This document shows positions 43,473 to 64,000 of a DNA stretch of 64,000 nt, piece by piece (the first letter of the stretch is position 1; each line of letters begins with the position of its first letter). Source of the DNA: Chrysomallon squamiferum. Taxonomy: Eukaryota > Animalia > Mollusca. The notes below the pieces were generated by a model. It made no database searches, was not told where the DNA came from, and saw nothing but the letters and a program-made list of their open reading frames with translations. The stretch lies in contig CM022671.1 in assembly GCA_012295275.1 (NCBI GenBank), positions 23,064,001 to 23,128,000 on the forward strand. The letters run 5' to 3'. A program made the translations under genes and the position numbers.

Positions 43473-44887
43473 ATGGGAGGAGCAGCCAGTTCAGCACGAT
43501 CCACTCAGAGTTTGAGATCAAGATCATCTTCCTGTGCGATCTCGAAAGACAACACAGACAATGAATCTAATTCTTCAATCAAACAAACGTCAAATCTCAG
43601 GCTTCCTGCAAGGGAGAATACTGCGTCTTCCAGTAATGACGTTGGACCTCCGGACAGCCAAGCGCCAAAAGATCTCATGATTAGCTACAGCCACGCTGAT
43701 CGAGAGATGATGCTCAAAGTTAGAGGTAAATACAAAAACAGAGCGAAATATTAAACATTTAAAACTATAAATGTTGAATAGGAATATAAAAAAAATAGAA
43801 AAAGTGTATTAAAATGACGAGGGTACCGTCACATTGAAATAAGTAAGTTTCATTATTTAAAACTAAATAAATAAATAAATGAAAAATGTGAGGGAAAAAA
43901 AAATGAAAACATTTGTCGATAAAAATTAACTGAAAATGATAGGTTGTTGTGGCTATTAGATTATTTTTATTAAAAGTTAGAAATTTAATGATTCATAATA
44001 ACTATTAATATGATTTATGTATTTATTTATTTATTTATATTACTATTACTATAGTTATTATTGTTGTTATTGTTGTTGTTGTTATTATTATTATTATAAT
44101 TATTATTATTATTATTATTACTATTAGTTTAATATTCATACTGACTATTGAGAGGAATATTTTATTTCTGCAGAAACTCTAGAGGCAAACGGAATTTCAG
44201 TCTGGGTGGATGTATCTATATGGTGTTTATGGGTGTGTGCGTTGATTTCTTATGAGCAAGATTGGATGAAGCCATCATTGATGTATGTATGTAAGCTAAC
44301 AGTTTATGTTTGTATGTGTGTTTATCTATATATGTGTTTATGTGTGTATGTATGTATGTATGTATGTATATATATATGTGTGTGTGTGTATATATATATG
44401 TAAATGCATGTACATAAGTATGCATATATATATAATTTTATATGTATGTGTGTATGTATGTATGCATGCATGTATGCATAAATTTATAATTATATATATG
44501 TACGAATACACACACACACACACACAGAAAAAATTCAACTCTTGTGCAAAATAACAAATCTATTTAAATGACACACAGTATCACTGTGACTATTGTGATT
44601 GCAGACGTTTGTCAGTTTGATCAGTGCCAACTCAGTGAAGTCCAAGTTCTGTCAGGACGAGCTGGCCCTGGCCTACGTGTCTAACAAAGCCGTGTTTCCT
44701 CTCAACATGCAGCCTCAGGAAACTCTCTTTCCTCTGATGACCACCGGAGTGTACGTGCACTTACTCTTTACGTTTTAAGTCGATCCTGGGGTTTTGGGGG
44801 TTTGTTTTTTTTTAGTTTAGTTTAGTTTTGTTTTGTTTTGTTTTTTGTTTTTTTTTTTTTTTTTTTTTTTTTTTTATTAATTTAAAA

Positions 44888-44945
<58 letters not shown>

Positions 44946-45512
44946 TATTATTATTATGATTATTCTGCATTCTAAATACATTTATATATTGTAAAAATCT
45001 TGAGTTCAACCGTCAACTTATTGATATCAATCAGACATATCAAATAAAATGTCCATGAACTACATACACGATGTGAATCCACCCAATTATATTAACATGT
45101 CTTTGCTGATATCAACGGTTCATAAGGTATTGTTTGACATTCTTCCCTGCCTTGTCCACCAATTTTAAGACATACTTAAACATACCACAAGGGTGCGGTC
45201 CTCAAAAGTAGGTCTAAAATTAATATATGTTTATTCTTGGACAATGGAATTTGAACAAGTACGAAATATTTCTTTTACTGTGTTTATTTTACATTCTTTA
45301 AAAAAAAAAATTCAAATAATGTTTTTAAAATTAAATCACTGTCTACCTACAATGACATCTAGATCCTTCTGTACTCTGCTTTAGTTTGTATACATATACG
45401 TACACACAGTACAGGCACACGGAAAAAAGAAGAATAGATTTAACTGAAATATTTATAATAATATATATATTATAATAATTATAAAATATAATAATGTTTT
45501 AATGAATAATCA

Positions 45513-45591
<79 letters not shown>

Positions 45592-46147
45592 TTATGTGTC
45601 TGTCTCTCTATCTATCTATCTATCTGTCTATCTATCTGTCTATCTATCTATCTATATATCTATATATCTAATGCAGACGCTTGCAGCTAGCTGGATTAAA
45701 CTGGATTTCTCTCGCTAATCCACATACTGTGGAGACTAACCTAAAGGAGTTGGTTCGTCTGATCAAAGAAGAAATAACTGACAGAGAAAAAGCTCCAACA
45801 GGTAAACGATAAAACAACAATTAACTATAACAATCAAATATTATTATTATTTTTATAATTTTAACGGAATAAAAACTATAATCATATAAGGATTAAAGAT
45901 TTGATCTTGTTGCATTCTTGGATTAAGGATATACTAATTTCTGAAATGGAAATTTATTCAATATAATACGTTGAACTTTAGAAGGCAGGAGACTTTAAGA
46001 AATCAGTTACTATTTCGCTGACTATGCCTTCCTCTCTGTGGCTAAAAAAGAAGAAAAAAAACACTCAGTAAAACACTCACAAAAAAACCCCTCTCTTGTA
46101 GGGTCTTTAGATATTTTTGCACGTAAAGCCCTGTCACGAACATTTAG

Positions 46148-46183
<36 letters not shown>

Positions 46184-46224
46184 AAAAAGGAAAATGGTTG
46201 ATAAATTTAATTCTTATTTGATTT

Positions 46225-46262
<38 letters not shown>

Positions 46263-46301
46263 AATAAATAAATAAATAATAATAAAAAAATAAGTTAATT
46301 A

Positions 46302-46357
<56 letters not shown>

Positions 46358-46701
46358 GATAAGAGATAATCAGTAAACTTTTATCTTTCCTAGCAGTATC
46401 AAAAGAAACATCTGGTTTGAGACCACACACAGCTAGACAGAGACTGAACAAGCGACGACGTCAGAACAAACCACAAGTCAGCGACACGACATTGATGATG
46501 ATGCCGAAAACGTATTGGAAAGATCACTATGGTAACCAGGACAGCACCAACTGGGAGAAGTAAAACTTTTATTAATACTCCTGGACATATTAAAATAAAA
46601 TAAATCATTTTAAAACTGAACATTTATATCATAAATTTGTGAACATAATAATGTATTATAAAAATATATATATAAAAATAAAAACGATAATGCCATAAAT
46701 T

Positions 46702-46766
<65 letters not shown>

Positions 46767-48528
46767 TTTATTTATTAATTTGAAACAGCGAAAAATATTT
46801 TTCAGTGTTTTGTTCGAGCGTCCTTTAAGCAGAATGTATTAAAGTACGCGCGTAATCAGTGAACTGAATGTATTTGAATAATTACAAATCTGGAAGTTCA
46901 GCAGTTTATACCGTATTTAATATTGTTTAAACAGATTTGTACAGGATTTCCTCACAGTCTATAAAAACGCTTTATCCAAGATGTACAGCTCTGACGACCA
47001 GAACTGGCTGATTAGTGTTCCTCAGGCGAGAGATGGAGGTTCAGGAAGACGGGCAACTCGAATATGAAATGTTCTTAGGTAAATGTTTTCAAAATATTCG
47101 AGAACTAGTCAAGTGTTACATGAAAATATGGCTGAGGTAAATGAAAAAAAAAAATAAAAAAAACAGAAAAACAAACAAAGAAAATAAAAGTAAATTATTC
47201 AAAAATAAGTGATTTAGCAAGATAATTATAATCTTACAGATGGCTTCCATGCGTAGGTCGGTATTTTATAAATACGCTTTGTTCGTTTATGCCTTATTAG
47301 CTTTAGTAAACTACTTTTTCTAAGAAGTATTCAAAACAGAAGATGGAGCCAGCAAATAAAACTTTAATGCTGATTTGAATATATATATTTATACATATTT
47401 TTATTTTGTTGTTTTAAAGTTATTTTCAAAGTTAATCAAATTTCTGTGTATTATTTCAGAATTTTGTACGATTGACGGCGAAGAACAACCGTTTTGGCAG
47501 AGAGTGCAGGACCAGGCCAGAGAAAGCTCTGCAATGAGAGAAGTCTTTAACATGACGTCAGACGTCAGAGTGACAGCTATTGAAAATTTAGGTAAATATT
47601 TTAATTTTGTGTATTAATTTATGTGTTTTATTAAAAGAACAAAGTAACGAATTGATGATGATCATTTTAATGAACAAACATCATTTACATAATTTCTTCA
47701 ATTTGAAACTGACATTAAAATTTCCTTTTTTTTTTCTTCTTCAAAAATTATATATACACATTATTTACAACTTTGAACATTCAGGCTAAAAAGGAAAGGC
47801 AATAAATGTACGTAACTACTCACTGATGTACCAAACCGTACTCACACTTTGTATAATCATAATCATTTCATTTTCATACTTTATTATTACCAAACGTTAG
47901 TCGAATAAAACAGTAACTTGAAAGTTTACAAAATGTATTTAGGCCATTTGTAAACGGAATCTGTGAAATTCCATAAACATTAACTTTTTGCACATTTTCA
48001 GGAAAATTTCGCAGTTCAGCGGTTATTGAAGCTCTGCGCGACTTACTGACAGACTCCAACGCCAACATCCGTGCTGTTGCTGCCGTGTCTTTGGCGAGAA
48101 CAAAGGCAAATGATCCCGTCTCAGTTCAACATTTAATGAAATGTCTGAAAGACAACGACAGACTGGTGAGAGAGGCGGGGTGTCTGGCACTGGGGCACTT
48201 GAAGGCAAAAGTGGCTGTGAAAAAAATACTTCATATATGGTAAAATATTTGACACAATTATCTTATTTCGGTAAAACATAGGTTCTTTGTCACTGTCGTT
48301 CTTTATAATTTCGGTTATATGTTAATAAAAAAAAAAAAAAATTCATTCCAAAGACGGCTAAAAGAGTAAATATTGACATAATTTTTTATCTGCAGGAGGA
48401 ACGACGTCATCTCTAACGTCAGAGAGGCGGCCTACGTTGCCTTGCAGCAGATCGGAGGAGAATTGGTTGAGAAAGAAATGCATCTAACTAAAGTTCTGGC
48501 TGATGAGATTAGACAGCTTACTCACTGA
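43473..48528 (+). CDS. TIR-domain + EF-hand-like + HEAT-repeat protein, paralog C (N-terminal MGGAAS); carries apparent frameshifts (assembly error or young pseudogene)
   Basis: Exons: 43473-43725, 44174-~44290 (disrupted), 44605-44750, 45677-45801, 46394-46559, 46935-47078 (144 nt vs 143 in A/B), 47460-47591, 48002-48239, 48396-48528 (TGA). Exon structure is the same as in A/B, and the protein is strongly conserved despite many synonymous changes. Confidence 0.8.
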
Positions 48529-48693
48529 AATTGTTGTTTGAAACCCTTAAGTTACTTGTTGCTGTGATCATTATTATTTGATGTATTGAATAATAATAAA
48601 AAAAAAAAAAAAAAAAAAAATTCAAAATCCTTTTGTCGACTGTTTAAAACTTTATATTTTATACTCAAGTGAGTAATTACTAACTGGAATTCT

Positions 48694-48727
<34 letters not shown>

Positions 48728-51152
48728 TGCTTGTGATAATTAGTGAATACTGACTACTGTTTTAATAACAATGTTTCTAGTTCTGTATATTGGATGTATG
48801 CAGCAAGGATTACAGATATATTTAAGTGACGTTAAGAAATATCTTCAGAAAACGAGAAAATGGAATAACCAAAGAACATCATGATAGCATGGCCTTATTA
48901 AACGAGCTTTTTTGTTAATACTGTTGAGATTATCATCTTACGTAACAAGGATTATTTCAGTAATAGCCTTACACCTTGAATCTGTGAGTAAACAATGCAA
49001 TACTAATAGTATTAAGTGATTATTGTCTGGAAAGGATGATATAACATGCTACTGTCATCATAATTATTGCGTAAAATGTTTAATTTTCAGTTAATTATTT
49101 TTATAGAAAAGGTTTTCGTTATATTTGTTTTAATCTCCCGAACAGAATGACACTGCAATAACAATCATTAAAATGTTCATCACATACAACGTGAATATTT
49201 CTCTTGAATATTTATTAGTGGTAAAATGTCAACTTATATAAACTTGAACAATTTTTTTTATAAAAACATTTAATGAATGGCTAGGGTTTTATAGTATCTG
49301 TGTTAGTCTATCAATTTCTTATTATTAGTAGTATCATTATGAACAAAGCAATATGAAAAAGAAGATAATATATGCATCTTCTCAGGCTTCTTATTTAGTC
49401 ATACTTCACCATTGTTTTGAATTTCAAAAAATCAACAAAAAACAATTATACTGAAGTGTACATGGTATTTTGGCTTTATTTTATTTCATTTTTTTCTGTA
49501 TTAGTGTACATAACTTAAAAGTTATATTACAGAACATAATTATTCCATTAAAACATTATCAAAATTTTAATATATTAAGGAACCATTTCTTTAATATATT
49601 AGAATTTAAAATTCATGAAAGTTTTAAAAATAAAGAGAATAAATAAATTACAGTATCAGTCAACTTTTCTTACTAAAAGTAATTGCAAACAAGAGAGAGA
49701 GAGAGAGTACAAAAACAAACATCAGAAAATCAATAAACATTTATATCTTTACTGTGCACTAACAATACACTAACATCATAACAGAATTTTGTTTTTCTCT
49801 CACACAAAACAAAACAACCTTCCCTGTAAATTTTTCTTTTAAACATGAACATTTGAAAATGATATTAACACACTATTTAATAGAGTTAACAATGTTTAAA
49901 ATATGTACGTAATGTTACAAATGCAGTAAATGTATAGTAAATGCCCTAAAAAAGTTAAAATATTTTTTCAGCAATAGTATGCAGCAATTATAGTCATAAT
50001 TACAAAAGAACTATAAAATGGATCTGTTTAAAAACTGCAGAATCATGTTATGTAATAATTAAAAAACCCCAAAACAAGACATGATTAAGCAGATCCACAA
50101 TTATTATCATTATTTTTAAACTCATTGAAAACTATACTTAATTAGGAGAAAATTCAACAGAGTATATTACATTACCACCAATAATAAAGGTATTAATAGT
50201 GGTAGAAATGTTAACAACAATAACATCAGCTGTTCTTTAATAACACGAACAATCATAACAATAATAAAAATATATTTTTAAACAAAGTAATAACTAATGA
50301 TTATATTTTTGTACCTTTATGCTAGTTCTTTAAAATGATTAATATATTAATGAGAAACAAATAAAACCAAACACAGTTCCATTGTTAACTGTAATACTGA
50401 TTAATCCAGTGTAACACAGTATTTTATACTTGACAACTGGGACGAATGATTCAAGACAAAAATAGTTACAGAAAAATAACAAAATAAATCTTAAATAATG
50501 CCATAGTTGTTACATCAAACTGATCCATCAACTGATACATCTTTTAAGAAATGGTTTTTCAGATGATTTTTATTTTGTCTTTCTCTAAAGCTTGGATGCA
50601 AATTAATAAAGTTAATATGGTCCCTGTACTTTGTTTGAGAAACAGATAAGTTAAAACACCCTGATACATGTTAGACATGTAAAAAAGTCTGAATCACTAG
50701 CTCTAAGACAGACAATTTGTTTTATCTTCTTCATGTTACTGGAATCTTCCGTGAAACTCAGTTTTGTTTTCATCCTTAAAACAACTTTTCACATTTAAAA
50801 TGTTAATCACAGATTTGTTACATTTAGGTTTTCAGTGAAATTTAAGTCTGAACAGTTCTTCAAAAGTTTTCTTCTGAAGTTAGGTCATCCTTTGTGTTTG
50901 TTTGTGTCTGTGTGTGTGTGTATGTGTGTGCATGTCTGTCAGTCTCTGTGTCTGTATGTGCGAATATATTTCTTTATGCGTGTAAGGATGCTTATCAAAG
51001 CAACTCTGTTAAATTCTAGCACTCTCTTTTAATTATCAATGTGACATATTTTAGCACCCGAAGATTGAAAATCAGTGTCTGCTCCTCTATGTGAAATTTT
51101 AACATCTCTGTTTAAGAGATATGTAAGATTAAGGTTAAAGCTGGTAATAGTT

Positions 51153-60129
<8,977 letters not shown>

Positions 60130-60563
60130 TGATACCACTTTTGGAGTTTTGCGGCCGAAATGAAATAAGCCACTGATTAACCATTCAAGACATGGACGAT
60201 TATATTTAATAATAAATGCTATGGGGTTTGGTTTTGTTTCTCTGCTTTTCCAATGTTATGAATGAAAAAAAGAAAAAGAAATTGGATACATGGTGTAATT
60301 TTGTCTGGGTCTCGACGATTGAGTCTTTTCTTCCAGACATTTAGGAAACTAATGATATTTATTTGCCAAAAGTCTCGGTATAATCGAAACTATTTCATAA
60401 CCTCTCAAGAAACAAAGTGTTATATATCGAGACTATGCAAGCCCATCGTCTGCAATTGTAAATACTGTATTTGATAAAATTAAATATCATTTAATGTAGG
60501 CTAACTTTATCTAAGATATCGTTCAGAGTTCAAGTATCGGTGAAACTGATACTGCTGAAAGAA
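60130..60563. promoter_or_regulatory. Compact bidirectional promoter region between LZTR1 and CYP4
   Basis: The divergent ATGs are only ~435 bp apart, and CpG is locally elevated relative to the LZTR1 gene body. Confidence 0.55.
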
Positions 60564-60893
60564 ATGGCAACTCTCATATCAGTAGCAGCTTCTTGCGTAT
60601 TTGCTGTTACAGTTGCATATTATATTGTTATTGTTCTGAAAAAAATTAACAAATTCTTGATTAATTCATCTGCTCTAAATCGTTTACCACACGACAAAGC
60701 GCACTGGCTTTTGGGGCATATTCCTGAGGTGATTTGTGTATTCCCTGTTTATTCAAATCTGTTCTATTTTCGTGAAAATGTGTTATTTGCATGTGACTTG
60801 CAAGATTACCAAGATAATGAATATTCATTCTTTAAATATACTCATAACAATTTGTGATTTACTCTTATGATATAAACACATAATGTTAGAAGA

Positions 60894-60926
<33 letters not shown>

Positions 60927-61640
60927 AAAATTAATAAATAAATAAAAATAAAATAAACAAACTGCATTAACAATTTTAAAATTCAGTCAAAATTTTAAAA
61001 TGCTGTACAAAAACTGCTAACCCTGTAACAGCAAAAATAAAAATAAAATAATATAAAATAAAATAAAAACAAAGTAAGAACATTTTCTAATAAAAAGGAA
61101 GTAAAAAGATAGAGGTCCCCTAATGGAGTGAATTAATTTTTGTGTCAATAAAACAACAGAAAAATAATTAAAAACTTGACTTCATCTTTCATGTCAAAAT
61201 TATATGTATTAGATTATATAAACTAATTTTTCAGATTCATAACTGTATTGACATCAGAACCATTTTTAATGATTAGAATTTCACACTAATATGCTATTCA
61301 TATACTGATGATTCTAACTGCAGGAAAAATTAGCAAATTTAGTTCTTATATTTATAAATGTTTATTAATTTTTATATTACTTATTAAAATATTTTTCAGT
61401 ATCCAGGTCCCAATGAAACAGGCTTGAAATGGCAGCGAGAAAAATTGAAAGACTTTCCTTACATCTCATTGTATTGGCTGGGATATGTTCCTCTTATTTT
61501 TGTTAATCATCCAAATACTGTAAAAACCATTCTGAAAACATCAGGTATTTTTAATTACATATCAAAATGTTTTCTGCCAGTTTAACATAAATACATAAGC
61601 ACACAAATACTCAGAGATAAACAAAGTAGTTTATATATAA

Positions 61641-61683
<43 letters not shown>

Positions 61684-63561
61684 TATATATAGAGAGAGAT
61701 TATTTTGCATATATATTAACAAAATTTTCTTTATTGTGTTGGTATTCCTATTTTGTTTTTGTTTATTATATCATAGTGTTATGCTATATATTTATAATGT
61801 TATATGTTATAATACGTTTACACTGGTTAAGAAAATTGCAAAATATAATGTTACAAATAATTTATTATTCCAGAGCCTAAAGGAAAGCGTATTTATAATT
61901 TGATTAGACCATGGGTTGGAGATGGGCTGTTACTCAGCAAGGGAGAAAAATGGTCTAGAAATCGCCGTCTACTGACACCTGCTTTCCATTTTGATATTCT
62001 GAAAACATATTTTAATCTGAAGAACAGAGCTGCAGATATTTTTCAGGTACCTTTTCTACAGATTTTGTTTCATAAATTTATATTTTTTATTGTTTTAAGT
62101 AAAGAATATTGAATATTTTTGTTTTGTTCACTTGTATATAGAATTTTCAGTATTCTAAAATATATCAGGATCAATTTTGATAAGTGAATTTTAGAACTAT
62201 TTCATTATTGTTAATACTGATCATGTTTAATTTGTATGTAAGATGAATATTTGGTGTTTTTATATTAGGATTGAACTCTAGCTAGAATTTAAGAAAATAC
62301 ATTATTTTAAGGGAATGTCCATGGAGCTAAAATATGTGTCTTAAGTTTTGATTATACTGTATGTGCCAATGGCTTTTTTCCTGATACTATTTCATATGCC
62401 ACAACTGGATTTCAAACACCATCTTTAGGAAATTGTACATTAGAATATCTCTTTCAGCTAACTGATAAAAATAGTTCACACAATGTCTGTCACAGATTTA
62501 CTTGTTATTCAGAAGCCTTATGTTGACATGAACTATCATTAAAATATACTAAGATGTTGGCAAATACAGTTCTTCACTGTTTTATGTTTTTAAAAATTAT
62601 TCTTCACACAGGAAAATATTACTAAATGATATATTAAAAATATATATATATATTTTTTTTTTTTTTTTAAATTATTATAGACTCAGTCATTGTAGAATTT
62701 TTGGTTTGCTCATTTTCAACGAGTTTTTTTTGTACTTTCAAAACATTAATTTAAATTCTGGTATCTGCCTTCAGAATTTCTTTCAAAATAAAAAAAGAGT
62801 TAATTATGAAATGTAATCTGTTTTTAGAGCAAGATGAAGAATTTTGCAGAAAGGAATGAATATTTTGAAGTTTTCTCAGAAGTCAGCATGTTCACTTTAG
62901 ATGTTATTCTAAAATGTGCTTTCTCCTATGACATTGACTGTCAAAATCTGAAGTATATTTGTTTTGCTTTTGGTTTTTGAATTCTTTTCTTAAAATAATT
63001 AAAGCCAAAAAAAAAAAGTGGGCAACAATAATGTGTTTTATTTTTATTATATGTATTCTTGCAAATATACATTTAATATTATTTAACAAAATATTAAATG
63101 TAAACATAAAAATACCGTTCAGTTTTTATATCAGTATTGTAGCTTATAACTTCAGCAGAAATCAAGGCATTTGAAATTTGGTTACAAACTAAAATTAAAT
63201 AATTGATCTATGTTTTGGCTCATTCTTTTTTTTGAAAAAAAAAATCAAAATTTTAAAATTGTGTATTTTCATTGCTCATTTTAATATTTCATGTTTTAGA
63301 GAGAAACATCCTTATGTTGTTGCTGTGACTGAACTTGTTGATTTAACACTGGACAGATTTTTGTGAGTACATTTATATATTTTTTTTACTTTTGCAATTT
63401 ATAACACTACATCAATCTGTTTTTAGGGTGAATACTGTGGCAGACAGGAATCAATTAAAGATAACAAAAAAATATAAAAAAAATAATTTGGAATTTGTCT
63501 GCAGTTTATTTAATTATTTTGAAAAAGTTTTACCCTCTTTATTTTATTATATTTATTGTTA

Positions 63562-63615
<54 letters not shown>

Positions 63616-63774
63616 TTGTAATTTTATATTATTATATGTATTTTTTTAAGCAAACCATGGCTTCATTCAGATTTTCTTTACCTCTTAACTCCATCAGGTC
63701 GTAAGTTCAAGAAACACTGTGAGTTTGTTCACAAAGTTGCAGAAGAGGTTATTCAGAACAGAAAAAAAGCTTTG
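60564..63774 (+). CDS. Cytochrome P450, CYP4 clan (CYP4F-like), 5' part; gene continues beyond the window
   Basis: Exons 60564-60728 (TM anchor…HWLLGHIPE), 61400-61544, 61874-62046 ([33 protein letters not shown]), 62828-62952 ([13 protein letters not shown]), 63300-63362, 63650-63774 ([23 protein letters not shown]). WxxxR C-helix and the LTPAFHF signature of CYP4 are present. Confidence 0.93.
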
Positions 63775-64000
63775 GTTGGTACTTTAATTTTTCTAATTTA
63801 GTGAAATCAGTAGCATTATAAAATGTGCACTTATGGGCAATGTCGAATGATATTTACCTTCTGTTTCTTTTCTATTGGAAAAAACATTAATAAAAATTAA
63901 TAAAAAATTAAATTATGAAAACATTAATAAAAATTAATAAAAAATTAAATTATGTTAAATAAAATAAAATAAAATAAAATAAAATAAAATAAAATAAATA

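Noticed and set aside
22494-48528. Calling the TIR genes SARM1, MyD88 or TLRs
   Set aside because: No SAM, death, LRR or transmembrane segments are present, the TIR is N-terminal and the solenoid is C-terminal. No gene symbol was assigned.
60130-60195. Upstream ATGs 5' of LZTR1 (ATG TCT TGA and an out-of-frame ATG) as regulatory uORFs
   Set aside because: The transcription start is unknown, so they may lie outside the mRNA. There is no conservation evidence.

Overview
AT-rich, intron-rich, microsatellite-laden animal genomic DNA. Its composition and repeats suggest an invertebrate, possibly a mollusc, but the species cannot be fixed from sequence alone. I reconstructed seven multi-exon genes by hand from GT-AG boundaries and frame continuity: (1) a two-exon orphan gene (+, 1103-3758); (2) a 7-exon secreted C16orf89/UPF0764-like gene (-, 18619-5150), whose 9-kb first intron holds two abutting long fold-back structures; (3-5) a tandem array of three paralogous + strand genes (about 22.5-28.3, 32.6-38.3 and 43.5-48.5 kb); (6) LZTR1 (-, 60129-51153); (7) the 5' part of a CYP4-clan P450 (+, from 60564), head-to-head with LZTR1. 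The array encodes ~460-470 aa proteins with the architecture [variable, often myristoylation-type N-terminus] - [TIR_2-type TIR domain retaining the catalytic-position Glu] - [basic linker] - [Cbl-N2/EF-hand-like helical domain] - [HEAT/PBS-lyase-type repeats]. This TIR-HEAT array is the most interesting object here: it could be an uncharacterised membrane-anchored, SARM1/Thoeris-analogous TIR-enzyme immune or signalling module. The paralogs differ in N-terminus, a microexon, CpG landscape and integrity, and copies A and B show a gene-conversion-like patch. No database searches were possible, so family calls come from motif recognition and novelty claims need checking.
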